40,437 bases of DNA from Chloroflexota bacterium (GTDB lineage: Bacteria > Chloroflexota > Dehalococcoidia > SM23-28-2 > RBG-16-64-32): the NCBI GenBank assembly GCA_005880055.1, contig VBJS01000004.1:1-40437 (forward strand), given 5' to 3'. A model generated the notes under the pieces. That model searched no databases. It was not told the origin of the DNA and saw nothing but the letters and a program-made list of their open reading frames with translations. The number at the start of each line of letters is the position of its first letter. Position 1 is the first letter of the stretch. This document shows positions 25,628-33,686 of the stretch, piece by piece. Position numbers and translations under genes: made by a program.

Positions 25628-26208
25628 CACGCCGCCGGGTAGGCCGGGTCGGATTTGATGCGCTCGATCTGCTGGATGTGGTCCATGCCGTGCAGGCGGT
25701 GGAACACCATCCACTCCTTCGCGGTAAGCTGGCCGAAGAGCGGGTGCGGGAAGGTCCTATCGAGGTGCGGCGCGCCGTCGAGAGAGTCGAGCAGCGTCCG
25801 GGTCTCGGCGAAGAAGCTCGCCAGCTGCCCGCGGAGGTCCTCCAACGGGAAGGATTCGCACTCCGGCAACTCCACGCCCATCTTGCGTACCGGCTCGGCC
25901 TCCGACGGCGGTGGGACGCCGGCCATCTCGGCGGCCTGCCGGTTGAGGCCGCGCTCGCTCACGAGGTAGTGGCCGATCACCTCTTTCGGGCACCACTTCG
26001 GCCCTTCGCCGGCGGCCGGCGACTCGGGTCCGCCCTCCAGTACGGTGGGGTGCGTCAGCGCCTGCGCCGCCGTCATCGCGGACAGGCAGCGCTCCCAGTC
26101 CTCGGCTGTGCGCTCCATGAGCGCCGCGAGCGCGTCCGCGGGCTTGGCAGCCTGGCTTCGCATGTAGTCTCGCCCGGCCTTCATTAGGTCGCTTCCTTGC
26201 TGGGTCAT
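25627..26208 (-). CDS. DinB-superfamily (DinB_2-like) metal-binding protein
   Basis: 193 aa with a four-helix-bundle-type pattern and conserved His residues, including the C-terminal MVFHRLHGMDHIQQIERI. Confidence 0.6.
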   Translation of the reverse strand: MTQQGSDLMKAGRDYMRSQAAKPADALAALMERTAEDWERCLSAMTAAQALTHPTVLEGGPESPAAGEGPKWCPKEVIGHYLVSERGLNRQAAEMAGVPPPSEAEPVRKMGVELPECESFPLEDLRGQLASFFAETRTLLDSLDGAPHLDRTFPHPLFGQLTAKEWMVFHRLHGMDHIQQIERIKSDPAYPAA

Positions 26209-26218
26209 CGCTTTGCTC

Positions 26219-26632
26219 CTAACTTGTCTCGAACCCTTCCGTCCGCCACTTTAGCGGCCGCACGTGGATCGCCACCGAGTCCCAGTCGGCCGTGTCGCGG
26301 GCGTAAGCGCGGCCTGCCGCCTCGCCAAGATAGCGCATGGCCACCCGTTCCCGCCAGACGTTGTCGAGCGGGCTGCCGACGCGCGCGGTGCCCTGGACGT
26401 AGACAGCCTGGTAGGGAAGCGCCTGCGTGAAGATGCAGAGGGCGGCGTATCCCTTGTGGGCGATGTTGTCCAGCTTTTGCGCGCCCCGGAAGCTGCCGAC
26501 GATGAACTCGCGCCCGTCGTATTCGTACCAGACGGGCGTTACGTGCGGCTGGCCGTCCGGCCGGACGCTGGCGAAGGCGGCGACGTTCGGGGCGCGGAGG
26601 AACTCCTGCACGTCCGGCGCGAGGGCGGTCAT
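26219..26632 (-). CDS. Pyridoxamine 5'-phosphate oxidase-family (PPOX-class, possibly F420/FMN-binding) protein
   Basis: 137 aa with the split-barrel signature AAFASVRPDGQPHVTPVWYEYDGREFIV. Confidence 0.72.
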   Translation of the reverse strand: MTALAPDVQEFLRAPNVAAFASVRPDGQPHVTPVWYEYDGREFIVGSFRGAQKLDNIAHKGYAALCIFTQALPYQAVYVQGTARVGSPLDNVWRERVAMRYLGEAAGRAYARDTADWDSVAIHVRPLKWRTEGFETS

Positions 26633-26639
26633 CGCCGGC

Positions 26640-27536
26640 TCACGGCGTTATCAGGTCGCGGCCGGTTAGGCGGGTGAACGCCTCGCGGTACTTCTCAGCA
26701 GTCTTCTCGATGACGCCAGGCGGCAGCTCGGGCCCCGGAGGCTCGCGGTCCCAGCCGATCTCTGTGAGGTAATCGCGGACGTACTGCTTATCGAAGCTCG
26801 GTTGAGGGCCGCCGCGCTTGTACTGGTCGGCCGGCCAGAAGCGGCTGGAGTCCGGCGTCAGGCACTCGTCGATCAGGATAACCTCGTCGTCCAGCCAGCC
26901 GAACTCGAACTTGGTGTCGGCGATGATGATCCCCCGCTCACGAGCATAGTCGCGGCCGTATCGGTAGACCGCCAGGCTGCGCAGCGCGACGGCGTTCGCC
27001 GCCTGCTCCCCGGCCAGCTCGACAACCTGGTCGTAGGTGATCGGCAGGTCGTGGCCCTCGGACTCTTTCGTCGTGGGCGTGAAGAGCGGCTCGAAAAGCT
27101 CCTGGCTCTCTTTCAGACCCGGGGTTAGCTTTATCCCGGAGATCGAGCGGTCGCGCTGATAGTCCAGCCAGGCGGAACCCGAGAGGTAGCCGCGCACCAC
27201 GCACTCCACGTCGATTCGCTGCGCCTTGTGCACGACCATCGCCCGCCCGACCATCTCGCGCGGCAGTTCCACCGATACGCCGTCCACGCGGGTTGAGTCG
27301 ACGACGTTGAGGAAGTGGTTCGGGACGATGTCGCCGGTGCGCTCGAACCAGAAGGCGGAAAGCTGGGTGAGGACAGCGCCCTTGTCGGGGATGCCGGTCG
27401 GCAGGACGACGTCGAACGCAGAGATGCGGTCTGTAGCAACGATCAGGAGCTTGTCGTCCAGGTCATAGATATCGCGCACCTTGCCGCGAGCGAGGAGCGG
27501 CAGGTCGAGTTCGGACTGCGTGAGTGTTGCGGTCAC
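26640..27536 (-). CDS. purC: Phosphoribosylaminoimidazole-succinocarboxamide (SAICAR) synthase
   Basis: 298 aa with GKVRDIY, ATDRISAFD, IIADTKFEFG and LIDECLTPDSSRFW. Confidence 0.94.
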   Translation of the reverse strand: MTATLTQSELDLPLLARGKVRDIYDLDDKLLIVATDRISAFDVVLPTGIPDKGAVLTQLSAFWFERTGDIVPNHFLNVVDSTRVDGVSVELPREMVGRAMVVHKAQRIDVECVVRGYLSGSAWLDYQRDRSISGIKLTPGLKESQELFEPLFTPTTKESEGHDLPITYDQVVELAGEQAANAVALRSLAVYRYGRDYARERGIIIADTKFEFGWLDDEVILIDECLTPDSSRFWPADQYKRGGPQPSFDKQYVRDYLTEIGWDREPPGPELPPGVIEKTAEKYREAFTRLTGRDLITP

Positions 27537-28822
27537 AGGCCTAACCTCCGAAAGCTGTCGTCCACGTGCTTGATGTACTGGCGGTAGTCGAAGATCGAGG
27601 CTAGTTCATCGCGCGAAAGACGCTTGTTCACGTCGGAGTCATCGAGCAGGAAGTCGAGGAATGGCTTTCGTTCTTCCCAGGCTAGCATCGCGTTACGTTG
27701 GACGACCTTGTAAGCCTGCTGGCGGTTCATTCCCTTCTCGACGAGGGCCAGCATTACGCGCTGGGAAAACGGCAGCCCGTAACTCATCTCGATGTTCTCT
27801 CGCATACGCTCCGGGTAGACCCGCATGCCGCTCACGATCTCCGTGAAAAGATCCAGCATGTAATCCAGCAGGATGCAGGCGTCCGGCAGCACTACACGTT
27901 CAACCGACGAGTGCGAGATGTCTCTCTCGTGCCAGAGAGCGACGTCCTCCATCGCGGCCACGGCGTAGCCGCGAAAGAGGCGCGCCAGGCCGCAGATGCG
28001 CTCGCACTTCTCGGGGTTGCGCTTGTGGGGCATCGAGGAGGACCCGGTCTGGCCTTCGGAGAACGGCTCCTCGACCTCCAGGACTTCGGTGCGCTGCAGG
28101 TGGCGGATCTCCGTCGCGAACTTCTCGAGGCTCGCCGCGATGACGGCGAGAGTCGAGACGTACATGGCGTGGCGGTCTCGGGCGACCACCTGCGTGGAGA
28201 CGGGCTCGACGAGCAGGCCGAGTTCGCCGCAGACCTCGTCCTCGAGGTCGGGCGGGACGGTGGCGTGCGAGCCGACGGGCCCCGATATCTTGCCGACGGC
28301 AACCTGCTCCTTGGCGTGCGTCAGCCGGTGAGATGCGCGGCGCACCTCGTCCCACCAGCCGGCAAGCTTAAGGCCGAACGAGGTGGGCTCAGCGTGGACT
28401 CCGTGGCTGCGGCCCATCGTCAGTGTGTCCTTGTGCTCGCGTGCACGGTCGCCGATCGGCTCCATGAGCGCGTGCACGTCCTCCTCGAGGATCTCGGTCG
28501 CTTCGATGAGGCGAAGCGCGAGGGCGGTGTCTTCGACATCGTAGGAGGTGAGTCCTAGGTGGACGAAGCGCGACTCGTCGCCGAGGCTGTCGGCCAACGA
28601 GCGGATGAATGCGTTGAAGTCGTGGTGCATCTCGCGCTCATAATCCGCCCAGCGCTTCGCGTCATAGCTCGCCTTGCGGATCCGTTCGATTGCATCACGC
28701 GGGATAACGCCCCGCCGCGCCCAGGCCTCGCAGACGGCGATCTCGACGCGCAGCCACTTCTGGAGCTTGTTCTCCTCTGACCAGACGGCGGCCATGCGCG
28801 GCCGCGAATAGCGCTCGATCAC
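27533..28822 (-). CDS. purB: Adenylosuccinate lyase
   Basis: It has the fumarate-lyase signature SSSMPHKRNP. The start is taken at GTG 28822 (V-IERYSRPRMAAVWSEENK), which matches the usual MIERYSRPEM N-terminus and gives 429 aa. The track ORF extends to 28909. Confidence 0.92.
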   Translation of the reverse strand: MIERYSRPRMAAVWSEENKLQKWLRVEIAVCEAWARRGVIPRDAIERIRKASYDAKRWADYEREMHHDFNAFIRSLADSLGDESRFVHLGLTSYDVEDTALALRLIEATEILEEDVHALMEPIGDRAREHKDTLTMGRSHGVHAEPTSFGLKLAGWWDEVRRASHRLTHAKEQVAVGKISGPVGSHATVPPDLEDEVCGELGLLVEPVSTQVVARDRHAMYVSTLAVIAASLEKFATEIRHLQRTEVLEVEEPFSEGQTGSSSMPHKRNPEKCERICGLARLFRGYAVAAMEDVALWHERDISHSSVERVVLPDACILLDYMLDLFTEIVSGMRVYPERMRENIEMSYGLPFSQRVMLALVEKGMNRQQAYKVVQRNAMLAWEERKPFLDFLLDDSDVNKRLSRDELASIFDYRQYIKHVDDSFRRLGL

Positions 28823-29288
28823 GGCTGTAGCCGGGGGAAGCTGGCTGCGGGCACGAGGCCATGTTATGGCATGCGGAAGGGAGCGGGGAAGAGGCTCGGG
28901 GTACATCACTGACAGAAGACAGAGGATTGATCGAGGGCTAAATCCGGCCCGACACGTTCGAGCTAGCGTGATTTTCGGAGGTCAGGTTGGCTCTGGCGCT
29001 CTCAACGGACGCGGTGCGCCGCGCACCCCGTCAGATCCTTCCTTGGTCAGGACGACACGGCCAACAGGTAGCGAGACGGCGGACTGCATCGGCAAGCCCA
29101 AGCGGCAGCGGGCGGCGCCGTAGCCCGGGTGGCTTTCAGCCGTTCGCCCCGCCCTCTGGCTAGGCCTTGAGCCATCAGGCAGAGCCGGAGTCTCGAACGC
29201 CAAGTTGCCTCTGCTGTCCCGAACGGCGCGTGATGTCCGGAGTGACGCTGGGACAGATCCCTCCACTTCGTCCTTCCGGGGAAGACTT

Positions 29289-29302
29289 CGGTCGGGATGA
29301 CA
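29289..29302. repeat. Dispersed fifth copy of the left-edge repeat core (CGGTCGGGATGACA).
   Basis: CTTCGGTCGGGATGACA (29286-29302) matches copy 1, CTTCGGTCGGAATGACA (340-356), at 16 of 17 positions. Its 3' end is part of the 16-nt palindrome ATGACAGGACTGTCAT (29297-29312). Confidence 0.75.
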
Positions 29303-29316
29303 GGACTGTCATAGGC

Positions 29317-29361
29317 GCTGCTCCGCTCATCCTGAGGCATTCGTAGGATGAGCGGAGCAGC
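29317..29361 (-). terminator. Perfect 17-bp hairpin just downstream of the cupin gene, possibly a terminator.
   Basis: GCTGCTCCGCTCATCCT (29317-29333) pairs with AGGATGAGCGGAGCAGC (29345-29361) around an 11-nt loop. It begins 4 nt after the cupin stop. No U-tract follows on the minus strand. Confidence 0.45.
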
Positions 29362-29364
29362 CGC

Positions 29365-29688
29365 CTAGCGGAAGTCTTCGCGTGGCGGTGAGAAGCATTC
29401 GATGAGCAGGCACTCCTCTAGCGCCGTCACCTCGTGGGCTGATCCGCCGGGGATCATCCACGAATCTCCGGCTGACAGGTCGCGGACCTCGTCGCCAATC
29501 TGGAAGCGCAGGCGGCCGGACATCATGTAGCCCGTCTGCTCGTGCGGGTGGGTATGGCTCGGCACAACAGCGCCTTTCTCGAGGCGAATTTCACAGAGCA
29601 TCATCCGTTCGCCGTCCGTCATGATGCGGCGGAAGACGCCCGGCATCATCTCTACGGGCGCGACCTGGTTGTGCTCGATCATCGGCAT
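29365..29688 (-). CDS. Cupin-domain protein
   Basis: 107 aa with the cupin_2 motifs PSHTHPHEQTGYMMSG and AGDSWMIPGGSAHE. Confidence 0.85.
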   Translation of the reverse strand: MPMIEHNQVAPVEMMPGVFRRIMTDGERMMLCEIRLEKGAVVPSHTHPHEQTGYMMSGRLRFQIGDEVRDLSAGDSWMIPGGSAHEVTALEECLLIECFSPPREDFR

Positions 29689-29693
29689 GGGGC

Positions 29694-30026
29694 TCAGTCC
29701 AGCTTGAGGTCGAGAAACGCCACGTTGCGCGGCACCGCATCGTGGTTGTGCGGCGCGACGAGGACGCCGTGCGCCTGCTCTTCCTGCTTGAGCACCGGCT
29801 CCAGCTGGTAGAGCTGTTCGACGACTGATGGGTCAATCGCCTCGTAAATGGTGACGAGCAGGCCGCCCCCATCCGATGTCGTCTCCGGCGTTGTGAAGGA
29901 GGTGATACGCGTGAACCCCATCGCCTTCAAGCCCTCGCGTCCCGCCTCGAAGGATTGCTTTATCTGGCGGCTAAACTCGTCTCGCTTTCCGGTCAAGATC
30001 TTCGCTACATGTACGCAGGCGACCAT
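29694..30026 (-). CDS. Hypothetical protein (110 aa)
   Basis: The start is taken at MVACVHVAK, preceded by the strong SD GAGGAGGAGAA. I recognised no family. Confidence 0.6.
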   Translation of the reverse strand: MVACVHVAKILTGKRDEFSRQIKQSFEAGREGLKAMGFTRITSFTTPETTSDGGGLLVTIYEAIDPSVVEQLYQLEPVLKQEEQAHGVLVAPHNHDAVPRNVAFLDLKLD

Positions 30027-30072
30027 TTCTCCTCCTCGTTGTTGGCAAATGGTGTTGGGGGTCAGTTTCAAT

Positions 30073-30519
30073 TTAATGCCGCGCGGTGGGGGCGGTGTCC
30101 CGTGCGATGCCAAGTTGACGCGTGAACGTCAGCGCATCGTAATATGCCGTCTCCTGCTGGATGCGTCCTTCGTCGTCGAACTGGAAGTGCGCGATGACGC
30201 GCAGCTCCAGTTGCCGCCCGCTCGCGGGGACTCCCCGGTTCATACCCACGTGCTTGCCGGAGAGTGTTAACTCGATCACCACGGAATCATCCCCGAACGT
30301 CCAGCGGGTTATTTCTCGTTTCAACGCCGGGAAACCGTCCCAGAGGTGGCGGTAGTTGTTGACGATCTCGTCGCCCCCGGTATAGCGCGCGCCGCTCGGC
30401 ACGTCATCGAAGACGGGAGAATGGCGGCTGTAGGTGGCCAGGACGCGCTCACGCGCGTTGTCATTCTCCGCCTGGACGTGCTCCAGGATGACCCGGTGCA
30501 TGGCCTCTTTGCTGATCAT
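30073..30519 (-). CDS. SnoaL-like / NTF2-fold protein (ester-cyclase-like)
   Basis: 148 aa with the typical pattern GDEIVNNYRHLWDGFP...ITRWTFGDDSVVIELTLSGKHVG. Its start overlaps the purE stop by 4 nt. Confidence 0.72.
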   Translation of the reverse strand: MISKEAMHRVILEHVQAENDNARERVLATYSRHSPVFDDVPSGARYTGGDEIVNNYRHLWDGFPALKREITRWTFGDDSVVIELTLSGKHVGMNRGVPASGRQLELRVIAHFQFDDEGRIQQETAYYDALTFTRQLGIARDTAPTARH

Positions 30520-30980
30520 ATTGCCGACTGTTCTGCCCGGAACCGCTCCAGCGCCTCTCGGACGTCATCGTATTTGAGGGCCAGGATAGCGGCCGCGTAA
30601 AGGGCCGCATTTCGGGAGCCGTTCAACGCCATGCAGGCGACGGGCACGCCGGGGGGCATCTGCGCAATCGAGAGCAACGAGTCGAGGCCTGATACCGCTG
30701 TTGTACCCGGCTGGGCGATCGGTACGCCGATGACGGGCAACCGCGTCCAGGCCGCGACGACGCCGGGCAAATGCGCCGCCATTCCTGCCGCTGCAATGAT
30801 TACTTCGTATCCCTGTTCAGCTGCCTGCGCGGCGAATTGCTGTACGCGCGCCGGCGAGCGGTGCGCGGACATCACCTGCAGGTCGTGTGCGATACCGAGC
30901 TGGTCCAGTGTCTGGGTGCAAGCCTCCAGGGACGGAACGTCGGACTTGGAGCCGGTCAGGACGGCAACGCGGGGCGGCAT
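30516..30980 (-). CDS. purE: 5-(carboxyamino)imidazole ribonucleotide mutase
   Basis: 154 aa with VAVLTGSKSDV, VMSAHRSP, IIAAAGMAAHLPGVVAA and LPVIGVP. Confidence 0.94.
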   Translation of the reverse strand: MPPRVAVLTGSKSDVPSLEACTQTLDQLGIAHDLQVMSAHRSPARVQQFAAQAAEQGYEVIIAAAGMAAHLPGVVAAWTRLPVIGVPIAQPGTTAVSGLDSLLSIAQMPPGVPVACMALNGSRNAALYAAAILALKYDDVREALERFRAEQSAI

Positions 30981-31023
30981 GACGGCATTGTCGCCAGCCG
31001 CCCCTCACGGGTCAAGCAGTCGC

Positions 31024-31056
31024 GGAACAGCCGCCCGTACATCGGGCGGCTGTTCC
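31024..31056 (-). terminator. Perfect 14-bp hairpin between the PRC-barrel gene and purE.
   Basis: GGAACAGCCGCCCG-TACAT-CGGGCGGCTGTTCC. It lies 24 nt after the PRC-barrel stop and has no clear U-tract. Confidence 0.4.
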
Positions 31057-31079
31057 GGACGTCTTGTGGTCGGCTCGTA

Positions 31080-31709
31080 CTAACGGTCGGTCCGTCCGCG
31101 TTCGTCCATCGCCTCGCGGCTGCCTTCGTTGCCGTAGCCGCTGTCCGGCGGCGTCTGAAATCGGCTTTCGCCTCGGCCGCCTTCCCGCTCGTACCCGCGT
31201 TGGGAGGCGCTACCGTAGCGGCCTTCATCTTGCTCACCGCGCGATGAGTAACCGGCGGTCTCGGACCCGAAACGCTCTCGCTGGGCCGAGCTACCGGCGA
31301 ACGCGGGCTCTCGCATCCCGTCGCGCTCCGAGCGTCCGGGCGAACCGGCGCTGCTGCGCTCCCAGTAAGGCGTGCACTGGAAGAAGGCGTGGACGCTGGC
31401 GCCCCAGCGCTTGTCCGCCATGTTCGGCCAGTTGTTCTTGTCGAACGCCGAAGCGTTCTCGATCATGGATTTATTCGCGTCCAAGAGAAGAGTGCGGTCG
31501 TCCTTCGCGAGCTCAAGCGTCTGCCACGGCACCGCGAAGTACTTGTCGCCCTTCATGAAGCCTTTGTGGAAGCTGATCACTCCGTATGCCAACTGGCCGC
31601 GCTCGGCGTCGGCCACCACTTCTTCAAGCTTACCGAGATCCTCACCCGACGGGCTCTTGACCTCGCAGTTGAGGAACCGCCGTACGTAAATCACTCCATT
31701 GGTCTGCAT
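31080..31709 (-). CDS. PRC-barrel domain protein with a disordered Gly/Arg/Glu-rich tail
   Basis: 209 aa. The N-terminal PRC-barrel pattern is VKSPSGEDLGKLEEVVADAERGQLAYGVISF...YFAVPW. Confidence 0.72.
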   Translation of the reverse strand: MQTNGVIYVRRFLNCEVKSPSGEDLGKLEEVVADAERGQLAYGVISFHKGFMKGDKYFAVPWQTLELAKDDRTLLLDANKSMIENASAFDKNNWPNMADKRWGASVHAFFQCTPYWERSSAGSPGRSERDGMREPAFAGSSAQRERFGSETAGYSSRGEQDEGRYGSASQRGYEREGGRGESRFQTPPDSGYGNEGSREAMDERGRTDR

Positions 31710-31913
31710 ATCAACCTCCTCCGCAGCTCTTGCTGCGAACTCTACAAACCAAAGCTACGACCGCTACGCTTGCATAGGGATAAGGCCGCCCGGTATTCGC
31801 CTTGCATCGGCGTAACGTTGGTCGCAACTCAACTGCAAGCTGCAAGAGCACAGGTTTATGCGGGCGTCGCCCGCGGGCGTTGATACTGGCTGAGGCGAAG
31901 GAGGCGATAAACG

Positions 31914-32111
31914 ATGCAGCAGACATTCCGCTGCCCCGCGTGCGGGGCGCAGTTCCCAACCCAACTGGCGCTAGAAGAGCATGTGAGCCGCGAACACCAG
32001 GGTACACAGCTCCCGCCCAGCCAGGCCAAGGACCCTGCTTCCAGCAGGGAGTTCCCCAGCGACGAGAGCATCGAAGAGAGCCGCGAGAGGGAGGGGCAGA
32101 AGGCCGGCTGA
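31914..32111 (+). CDS. 65-aa protein with a single classical C2H2 zinc-finger motif and an acidic tail.
   Basis: FRCPACGAQFPTQLALEEHVSREH fits C-X2-C-X3-F-X5-L-X2-H-X4-H. The SD AAGGAGG (31898-31904) lies 9 nt upstream of the ATG. Confidence 0.7.
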   Translation: MQQTFRCPACGAQFPTQLALEEHVSREHQGTQLPPSQAKDPASSREFPSDESIEESREREGQKAG

Positions 32112-32117
32112 ACTGCT

Positions 32118-33395
32118 TCAGTCGGTGCGGGCGTTTTCTGAGGGCGCGGCGATATCCCTGCGATAGAACGCCCGCGTGAAATGCAACCGCTGGACGTTTC
32201 GATAGACGGCGGCGCGCGCCTCGCTCAGCGAGGGCGCTTTCGCGACGACAGTCAGAACACGCCCTCCGGCGGTCAGCACCTCACCGTCTTGCCGAGTAGT
32301 GCCGGCGTGGAAGACCAGCACGTCCGGGTCAACCGACTTCAATCCTGCAATGGCGTATCCCGTCTCGTATTCCTCGGGGTAGCCTCCGGACGCCAGGACG
32401 ACGGCGACGCAGGCGTCCGTGGACCAGCTGATCTCGGCCTCCGCGAGCCGATCGTTCGCGGTCGCCCAGCAAATCTCAAGCAGGTCGGAGTTAAGGCGCG
32501 GCAATAGTACTTGGGCCTCCGGGTCTCCAAAGCGGCAGTTGAACTCCAGTACTTTTGGCCCTTCGGCGGTGATCATCAGGCCGGGATAGAGAACTCCCTT
32601 GTACGGCGCCCCCCCTGCCACCAGGGCGCTGATGGCGGCCTCGGTGATATTCTGATGGATGCTACCCTCCATCGCCTCGTCCAGCCATAGAGCCGGGCTG
32701 TAGGCGCCCATGCCGCCTGTGTTCGGCCCTTCATCCCCGTCCCGAGCGCGTTTGTAGTCGCACGCGAACGGCATCGGGCTCACTCTCCGGCCGTCCGTGA
32801 AGGCATGCGCGGAGACCTCGCGGCCGGAGAGTCGCTCCTCGATGAGGATCGTCCCGCCGGCCTTCCCCAGCGGTGAATCGGAAGCCGTCAGTATATCGAC
32901 CGCCTCCATCGCCTCTCCCCTGGAACCGCAGACGAAGACGCCTTTTCCCACGGCCAGGCCGTCGGCCTTCACGACGAGCCTCTCGCCGGAGGTTTCGATG
33001 AAGTCCCTCGCCTCCTGGCGGCTGGTCAATACATGTGCGGTGGCCGTGGGAATGCCGCGTTCCGCCATTATCTGCTTGGCAAAGGCCTTAGAGTATTCAA
33101 TACGCGCAGCCGCCCGGCTGGGTCCGAACGCTGCGATGCCGTTCGTGGCCAGCCGGTCCGCCAGCCCGAGCGCGAGGGGCGCTTCTGGCCCAATGATCAC
33201 CAGGTCTGCCTTGTGATCAGAAGCAGCGCGGCAAATGCTATCCAGGTCCGAAGAAGCGATTGGGAGATTGCGGGCCAGGGCTTGTGTCCCGCCGTTGCCA
33301 GGGCAGACGAAAAGGTCGGTCAGCCGGGGCGATTGGCGCAGCTTCCAGACCATCGCGTGTTCTCGCGCGCCGGAGCCGACCAGCACGACATTCAT
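32118..33395 (-). CDS. purD: Phosphoribosylamine--glycine ligase
   Basis: The start is taken at MNVVLVGSGAREHAMVWKL (425 aa), which is the typical PurD N-terminus. It has an ATP-grasp core and the C-terminal GGRVLTVVA motif. Confidence 0.93.
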   Translation of the reverse strand: MNVVLVGSGAREHAMVWKLRQSPRLTDLFVCPGNGGTQALARNLPIASSDLDSICRAASDHKADLVIIGPEAPLALGLADRLATNGIAAFGPSRAAARIEYSKAFAKQIMAERGIPTATAHVLTSRQEARDFIETSGERLVVKADGLAVGKGVFVCGSRGEAMEAVDILTASDSPLGKAGGTILIEERLSGREVSAHAFTDGRRVSPMPFACDYKRARDGDEGPNTGGMGAYSPALWLDEAMEGSIHQNITEAAISALVAGGAPYKGVLYPGLMITAEGPKVLEFNCRFGDPEAQVLLPRLNSDLLEICWATANDRLAEAEISWSTDACVAVVLASGGYPEEYETGYAIAGLKSVDPDVLVFHAGTTRQDGEVLTAGGRVLTVVAKAPSLSEARAAVYRNVQRLHFTRAFYRRDIAAPSENARTD

Positions 33396-33631
33396 GTATC
33401 GGAGAACGCCATCGGCGAAGAGATCAACCGCATCCAAGACGAGCATATAACGCGGGTGAGGCAACCGCCATGCCGCGACCTCCGAACCCGATCTCGCCGG
33501 TTTACTACCCAGGTAAACCTGGCGTATAGGCCGAACCGTCATGTAATTGCAACGTTTGGCGGATTGCAATGTGGAAAGCGACTTGGTTACATAAACAGTA
33601 GAGCCGCACCCCCCTCTCAGCGGTCTCGCTT

Positions 33632-33670
33632 AGTTCGGCGGACGTGCCCCCGTCCGCCGAACTTTTTTGT
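33632..33670 (+). terminator. Canonical intrinsic terminator oriented for the plus strand.
   Basis: AGTTCGGCGGACG-TGCCCC-CGTCCGCCGAACT forms a 13-bp stem followed by TTTTTTGT on the plus strand. On the minus strand an A-tract precedes it and no U-tract follows. Confidence 0.6.
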
Positions 33671-33686
33671 CGTCCAGCCCCCGCCC

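Noticed and set aside
28981-29032. A TPP-riboswitch-like string on the minus strand (GGGGTGC...TTGAGA...AACCTGACC).
   Set aside because: Only fragments of the THI-box pattern are present. The CUGAGA and ACCCnnnGAACCUGAUCnGGnUAAU elements are not matched, and the downstream gene (purB) has no thiamine link.
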